33,291 nucleotides of DNA, from positions 1 to 33,291 of the IMG/VR virus record IMGVR_UViG_3300025120_009741; one strand, 5' to 3'. Within the stretch, counting starts at the first letter, position 1, and the number at the start of each line of letters is the position of its first letter. Of this stretch, positions 28,137-33,291 are shown in pieces. The DNA is from a virus (lineage: Duplodnaviria > Caudoviricetes). Under the pieces are notes generated by a model. The model was not told the DNA's origin, made no database searches, and saw only the letters and a list, made by a program, of their open reading frames with translations. The translations under genes and the position numbers were made by a program.

Positions 28137-29783
28137 ATGGCAGGTTTTACAGATAGAAGAGGACCTTTAAGTACAGGAAACCCCGTTAGAAGAATTCTTA
28201 AAGATCTTTCTAATTTAGGAATGGCATACGATGACATGATCATTCGTAATTCTAGAGCTGTTGGTTATACTGAAAACCAGATGGGTTATACATTTAATCC
28301 AATGGGATCAGATAGTGATGATATGTATGGTGCATTTGCAGCCTTATCATTAACTGATACTAACATGAAGAAAAACATTGCGTTTTTCGATCAAGATTAT
28401 ACAGGGAAGCGTGATCAGTTAAGAACCTTTGCAGTACAAGATGAGATAGAAGATATCTTAGATGTATTAACTGATGAAGCAATTGTATTTGATGAATCTA
28501 ATTATATGGCATATGCTGAATTTAATGGACATATAGGAGAATCAATAGAAGAAGAAATTAATGACGTATATAATAATATCTATAATTACTTTGGATTTAA
28601 TGATTCTGTTGCTCCGTGGAATTATTTTAGAAAATGGTTAATTGATGGATTCCTTGCTTTTGAAATTGTTTATAATGATAAGCAAACCGAAATTATTGGT
28701 TTTAAAGAATTAGATCCAATATCATTAATGCCAGGAATTGATACTGATGATGGTAAAAAAGTTTGGATACAATATAAAGGTGAAGGTGCAAAGGAAAGAA
28801 AATTATGGGATTCACAAATAATATACCTTTCATATTCTTCTGTAAATTCACCAATGAGAATATCTTATGTAGAAAGATTAATAAGATCTTTTAATCTTTT
28901 AAGAATAATGGAACACAGTAGAATTATATGGGCTGTGTCTAATGCTTCATTTAAAACACAGTTTACAATACCAGTTGGTGGTAAATCTAAAACAAGAGCA
29001 AAGCAATCTCTAGCAACATTAATGAATTCATATCGTGAGGTTGTAGACTTTAACTTTGAAAGTGGTGAAATTCAAACTAATGGTAAACCAATGATGCCAT
29101 TCAATAAAGAATATTGGTTACCTTCTAAAGATGGTGAATCACCAGAAATTCAAACAATAGGTGGGGATGGTCCTGATTTAGGCGATACTGAATCTTTAAA
29201 ATATTTCTCTGATAAATTACAATTAGCTTCTAAGATTCCATTTTCTAGGTTTGATAGAGAAGGTGGAAACACGTATGATATGGAAGCAAGCGGTATGCTA
29301 AGAGACGAAATTAAGTTTGGTAGATTTATTTCAAGATTAAGATCTATATGGCAAGAAATATTAGTTAAACCTGTATATCTTCAAATGTGCCTTAATCACC
29401 CTGAATTAAAAAATGATATTTCATTCAAAGCTGGTTTAGGATTAGATTTTATAAAAGATAATGTATTTGAAGAAATGAAAGAAATGGAACTTCAAACAAA
29501 ACGTGTTGATTTTATAGGTAACTTAAAAACTCAATTAAGTACGATGGGACCTGATATGGAGGAAATACCATATTTTGATTTAGGATTCTTAATTAAGAGA
29601 TACGGAGGATTTACTCGTGATGATATAAAGGCTAATGCTAGGGCAAAGGAGCGCGAGGAATTAGAAAAAGCAGGTTATAAAGAAGAAGATATTGAAAAGA
29701 TTCTTTTAGGTGCTAATAAAGATGATTTTAAGCCCGAGGAAAAATCTGATGGTATGGACGATGATCCGTTAGCGGATATCTAA
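28137..29783 (+). CDS. gp20: Portal vertex protein gp20
   Basis: EIEDILD...DEAI, FRKWLIDG, LDP, NLLRIME, EYWLP..DG, YF..KL..A.KIPFSR, RDEIKF.RFI.RLR. Confidence 0.93.
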   Translation: MAGFTDRRGPLSTGNPVRRILKDLSNLGMAYDDMIIRNSRAVGYTENQMGYTFNPMGSDSDDMYGAFAALSLTDTNMKKNIAFFDQDYTGKRDQLRTFAVQDEIEDILDVLTDEAIVFDESNYMAYAEFNGHIGESIEEEINDVYNNIYNYFGFNDSVAPWNYFRKWLIDGFLAFEIVYNDKQTEIIGFKELDPISLMPGIDTDDGKKVWIQYKGEGAKERKLWDSQIIYLSYSSVNSPMRISYVERLIRSFNLLRIMEHSRIIWAVSNASFKTQFTIPVGGKSKTRAKQSLATLMNSYREVVDFNFESGEIQTNGKPMMPFNKEYWLPSKDGESPEIQTIGGDGPDLGDTESLKYFSDKLQLASKIPFSRFDREGGNTYDMEASGMLRDEIKFGRFISRLRSIWQEILVKPVYLQMCLNHPELKNDISFKAGLGLDFIKDNVFEEMKEMELQTKRVDFIGNLKTQLSTMGPDMEEIPYFDLGFLIKRYGGFTRDDIKANARAKEREELEKAGYKEEDIEKILLGANKDDFKPEEKSDGMDDDPLADI

Positions 29784-29809
29784 AAACTATTAAGAGTTAT
29801 AATATATAA
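29784..29809 (+). promoter_or_regulatory. Putative promoter AAAC-N16-ATATAA (includes AATATATA) upstream of protease-scaffold
   Basis: AAAC TATTAAGAGTTATAAT ATATAA. Confidence 0.5.
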
Positions 29810-29828
29810 AACAAATAATACTAGAAAG

Positions 29829-31700
29829 ATGTCAAATAAGAAACTTTTAATTCTAGAAAGATCTAAGTCTAATTTAAGTATGACAAAAGATGCCGATGGC
29901 TCTGTTGTGCTTGAAGGCGTATTTACAGAGATCGGAGTAAAGAACAAAAATAATAGAATTTATGAAGAAGCTGAAGTTCTTCCTCATATTAACGAACTAA
30001 AAGAAAAAGTTAAAACAAATAAACTTTTAGGTGAATTAGACCACCCTAAGGATTTTGACATTAGTTTATCAAACGTATCTCATGTTATTGAAGATTTAAA
30101 TTATGATAGCAATAAGAAACAAGTATTAGGAAGAATTAGATTACTTAATACATCAAAAGGAAAAGAGGCACAAGCATTAATAGAAGATGGTATTCCATTA
30201 CATATTTCAAGTAGAGCCGCTGGAACTGTAGATGAAGCTGGTAAAGTTAAAATTAAAAAATTCTTTACATATGATTTAGTTGCAGATCCAGGATTTGAAA
30301 ATGCTGAATTAGCAAGAGTAAATGAATCTTATGGTTTTAAAGATACTGAAGGTTTATACATTTATGAAATGGATAGCTCAGAAGATGAAATAAATAAAAC
30401 AAATAAAACAGATTTAACAATGGAAAAGACAACAGGAAACTTTGTAACCGTTGAAGATTTTAATAAGTACACTGAATACGTTAAAGATACATTAGACAGT
30501 GTTAAGGAATCTGCAAATTCTAATAACGATGAGTTAATTGAAAAGCTAGTTAAATATACTGAGCATATTGCAGAGAAAGTAAATCAGGTTACTGATTATA
30601 CTGAATACTTATCAGAAAATCTTGACAAGAGCATATCTCACTCTGACTATATTGCAGAGAACGTAGATAAGATTAAAAATTATGCTTCTTATTTAGGAGA
30701 AGAACTAGACAGTTCAATTCAATATACTGAGCACGTTGCTGAACAAGCAGACAAAGGAATTGAATATTCTAATTATTTAGGTGAAAGCTTAGAGAAAGGA
30801 ATTAAATATTCTGAGTATGTTGCAGAAAAGGTAGATCAAAATATTGCTTATTCTGAATATGTAGCTGAAAATTTAACTAAGAGTATAAAATATTCTGAAT
30901 ATATTGCAGAAAGCATAACTAATACAGAAGGTGAAGCAATTAATGAATCAGAAGAAATTTCTGAAGTTGCTCCTGCTGTTGCTGCTGTTGCTCGTGTTGC
31001 TGCTGCTGATGCAATTAAGAAAAAAGTATCTGAAGGTGCCACTCCAACTTATGAAGAAGTTTCTAAGTGTATGGGAGAAGGTATGAAATATGAAGCAATA
31101 TGCGAAAAGTATCCAGATGCTGATAAAGGTAAAGTAAAAGAAATGTGCGATAAGTGTATGAAAGAAATGAAAACATACGAAGATACTATTAGTGAAAAGT
31201 TAGCGGAATTAATTTCTAAAGCAGAAACTAAGAATCTATCTGAAATGCACTTTATGAATTTCTTATCAGAATCTAAAAAGAATGAATTTGATTCTTTATC
31301 TGAAGATAAAAGAAGTTTAATAGTTGAATCAATGAATGCTGATTCTATTATGTCAACTGTACAAGCTGAAAATGTTTGGGAATCATGTTTTATAACTGAA
31401 AGAAAGGCAATTAACTTTATTGATGATATGCCATCAAAGTATTCTGATAAATGGAATGCTCTTTCTGAAAACAGAAAAGAACAAATAATTTCTGAATCTA
31501 AATTCCATTCTTTAAGTACTCCTTATGCTATTAATAACTTTTGGCAAACAAGAGATCTTAGAGATACTCAAATGAATTTAGAAACACTTAATGAAAACAA
31601 AACTGCTGCTGAAGCTGCTCAAGAAAAAACTGAGCCATTATTAAATGAAAGCTTCTCTGCAGATTTAATTCAAAAAATGAAATTCAGATTAAATAGATAA
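29829..31700 (+). CDS. gp21: Prohead protease (gp21-like) fused to prohead core/scaffold domain
   Basis: LEGVF, NKNNRIY, GELDHP, VSH, ISSRAAG, YDLVADPGF; acidic repeat-rich C-terminal two thirds. Confidence 0.88.
   Translation: MSNKKLLILERSKSNLSMTKDADGSVVLEGVFTEIGVKNKNNRIYEEAEVLPHINELKEKVKTNKLLGELDHPKDFDISLSNVSHVIEDLNYDSNKKQVLGRIRLLNTSKGKEAQALIEDGIPLHISSRAAGTVDEAGKVKIKKFFTYDLVADPGFENAELARVNESYGFKDTEGLYIYEMDSSEDEINKTNKTDLTMEKTTGNFVTVEDFNKYTEYVKDTLDSVKESANSNNDELIEKLVKYTEHIAEKVNQVTDYTEYLSENLDKSISHSDYIAENVDKIKNYASYLGEELDSSIQYTEHVAEQADKGIEYSNYLGESLEKGIKYSEYVAEKVDQNIAYSEYVAENLTKSIKYSEYIAESITNTEGEAINESEEISEVAPAVAAVARVAAADAIKKKVSEGATPTYEEVSKCMGEGMKYEAICEKYPDADKGKVKEMCDKCMKEMKTYEDTISEKLAELISKAETKNLSEMHFMNFLSESKKNEFDSLSEDKRSLIVESMNADSIMSTVQAENVWESCFITERKAINFIDDMPSKYSDKWNALSENRKEQIISESKFHSLSTPYAINNFWQTRDLRDTQMNLETLNENKTAAEAAQEKTEPLLNESFSADLIQKMKFRLNR
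30552..30914 (+). repeat. Degenerate 42-nt (14-aa) tandem repeat, about 9 units, within scaffold region
   Basis: KYTEHIAEKVNQVT / DYTEYLSENLDKSI / SHSDYIAENVDKIK / NYASYLGEELDSSI / QYTEHVAEQADKGI / EYSNYLGESLEKGI / KYSEYVAEKVDQNI / AYSEYVAENLTKSI / KYSEYIAES. Confidence 0.85.
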
Positions 31701-31719
31701 TCATTTAATCTAAACAATA

Positions 31720-31780
31720 TAATCGAATAGCTAAGAAGAAAAGGGCTCAGGCGATTAGAAACGGAATATTTTAATATTCC
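31720..31780 (+). promoter_or_regulatory. Structured 5' leader of major capsid gene
   Basis: TAATCG/CGATTA stem with inner AGCT/GGCT pairing; palindrome GGAATATT-TT-AATATTCC (31763-31780). Confidence 0.45.
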
Positions 31781-31808
31781 ACAAAAATGCGAAAAATAAT
31801 TTTAAATA

Positions 31809-33291
31809 ATGTACGCAAATCAATTAATCAACGAGGCTGAGGTTCAAAAGACTTGGGGACCTGTTATTGAGGAAAGTACTGGAATTACTGAAAAATCTAA
31901 GTTAGCTTGGATGTCTAAGTACTGCCATTACCATAACCTTAATGAGAGTGTTTACAATACTGTACACCTTAACCCGAACATGAATGTTCAAAGTATGGGT
32001 AACGTTACATTGCCAGGAAACCCTGGATCAATGAATGCTTTCCCAGCACAAGCTGCCGGATCTGGAGACAGACCTTTTTCTTTGTTACCACTTGCAATGC
32101 AAGTAGCTGCACAGACTGTAGGTTTAGACTTAGTACCTGTAGTACCAATGCAAGGCCCAATGGGAGTTTTAACTTACCTAGACTTTGTATACGGTGGAGG
32201 TAGAGGATCAGGAGCTCCTATTAACGGCGCTTTAGATACTGCTGCTTCTCCATTACTAATCAAATTCAACGTTGCTACTTATCTTGTAGCAAATGGTGGT
32301 GCTGCTACCACGTTTGTTGTAAATGATGTAGTATATGCTGATGGTGCTAATTCATCAACTGCTGCAACTACTCCAATTGCTAATGATTTAAAAGCTGCTA
32401 ACTACGAATTAACTTTTGTAGGTAACTCAAGAATAGATGGTTTTCCAATATTCAGAGTAAGAGCTAATAATTCTGCAATTATTGCTAACCCTGCTGGTGC
32501 AGGTACTGCGTTAGTAGGTTTCCCATCATATAACGGTGGATTTACTTATGCACAAGGTGCTGAAACTGCTAGTTCAACTATATACAATTCTATCGTAGGT
32601 GGTGGAGCTTTATATGGTGCTGTAAGAGCTGCTGCTCCTGCTGTAAGAGCTGGATCATCTGTAGTATTAGGTAATGCAGCAATGTTACAAGTTGGAACAA
32701 TCGCTGCTGTATCTGGATTAGGATTAGTAAAAGCTTTAGAAGACCATATTACTGGTTTCTCAGGTAATGCTTTCCAACCTGCAAACGACCCTGCTACAGG
32801 ATCGCCTGCATTTGCTAACCAGAATATTAATGGTTTAGATCCTTACCAAAGAGGTGTAGGTGAATCAACTGTTGATAACATCATGGGACTAAGTTTATTC
32901 AACAAGTCTATAGCTGCTGAAACTTTCCAAGTTGCTGCTGCTGTAACTAGAGAACAAGTTCAAGATCTGAAGCAATTCGGAATTGACGCTGTTGCTCAAG
33001 TTGAAGCTGTATTGGTAAATGAGTTAACTCAATCTATCAACAAATACATCTTAGACAGAATCTTTAGAAATGGTGTAACTAACGCTGCTAACGTGCAAGC
33101 TGTAAATGGTACTAGTTTATCAGAACAGTTTAACGCTGCTGGAGCTGTAGCTGGTGCTGCAATTCCTTTAGGACCTAACAATACTGCTAACGCTATTGTT
33201 AATACTGTAGCTCCATTCCCAGTACAGACTAACGTACTAGGTGGTGGAAATACTCAAGGAACACTACAACGTAGAGTTTATACTAAAATTC
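31809..33291 (+). CDS. gp23: Major capsid protein gp23, 3'-truncated by window end (absent from ORF track)
   Basis: Manual translation MYANQLINEAEVQKTWGPVIEE...LLPLAMQVAAQTVGLDLVPVVPMQGPMGVLTYLDFVY...AETFQVAAAVTREQVQDLKQFGIDAVAQVEAVLVNELTQSINKYIL; follows portal and protease. Confidence 0.92.
   Translation, partial: MYANQLINEAEVQKTWGPVIEESTGITEKSKLAWMSKYCHYHNLNESVYNTVHLNPNMNVQSMGNVTLPGNPGSMNAFPAQAAGSGDRPFSLLPLAMQVAAQTVGLDLVPVVPMQGPMGVLTYLDFVYGGGRGSGAPINGALDTAASPLLIKFNVATYLVANGGAATTFVVNDVVYADGANSSTAATTPIANDLKAANYELTFVGNSRIDGFPIFRVRANNSAIIANPAGAGTALVGFPSYNGGFTYAQGAETASSTIYNSIVGGGALYGAVRAAAPAVRAGSSVVLGNAAMLQVGTIAAVSGLGLVKALEDHITGFSGNAFQPANDPATGSPAFANQNINGLDPYQRGVGESTVDNIMGLSLFNKSIAAETFQVAAAVTREQVQDLKQFGIDAVAQVEAVLVNELTQSINKYILDRIFRNGVTNAANVQAVNGTSLSEQFNAAGAVAGAAIPLGPNNTANAIVNTVAPFPVQTNVLGGGNTQGTLQRRVYTKI

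Noticed and set aside
30552-30914. CRISPR array or DNA-level repeat element
   Set aside because: Units are degenerate, in frame and conserved at protein level, with no identical repeats or spacers
2381-31042. Short minus-strand ORFs in the track (2381, 8042, 10966, 12143, 22564, 24558, 25857, 26643, 27018, 30848)
   Set aside because: All are antisense to well-supported plus-strand genes, with F/L/S/I-rich shadow composition and no motifs
1-33291. Stop-codon reassignment, tRNA or rRNA genes
   Set aside because: Genes are full-length under code 11 and the few TAG stops fall at plausible ends; no cloverleaf or rRNA-like sequence seen in the short intergenic gaps

Overview
AT-rich, densely coding, all-plus-strand segment of a large T4-like (myovirus) phage genome. 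A Bacteroidota (Flavobacteriia-like) host is inferred from the A-rich leaders without Shine-Dalgarno sites, an Hc1 histone-like gene and the RNR type. Gene order: N-terminal half of a split family-B DNA polymerase; nrdB-nrdA; a PglF/PglD/PglE-like (bacillosamine-type) sugar pathway with GT10- and GT2-like glycosyltransferases; a small Hc1 gene missed by the ORF track; a six-gene operon (HAD phosphatase, APH-like kinase, sugar nucleotidyltransferase, T4 beta-glucosyltransferase-like enzyme, NAD epimerase, atypical C5 cytosine methyltransferase); sliding clamp; the C-terminal polymerase half about 14.4 kb from the N-half; uvsX, gp41 helicase, FkbM methyltransferase, gp47/gp46; then gp15-like, a head-associated protein, gp55 sigma, gp4, gp2, portal gp20, fused protease-scaffold and a 3'-truncated major capsid gp23. 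The strongest candidate for a new system is the 9095-14608 operon, which looks like a self-contained DNA cytosine glyco-hypermodification pathway. All calls come from motif recognition by eye; no searches were run.
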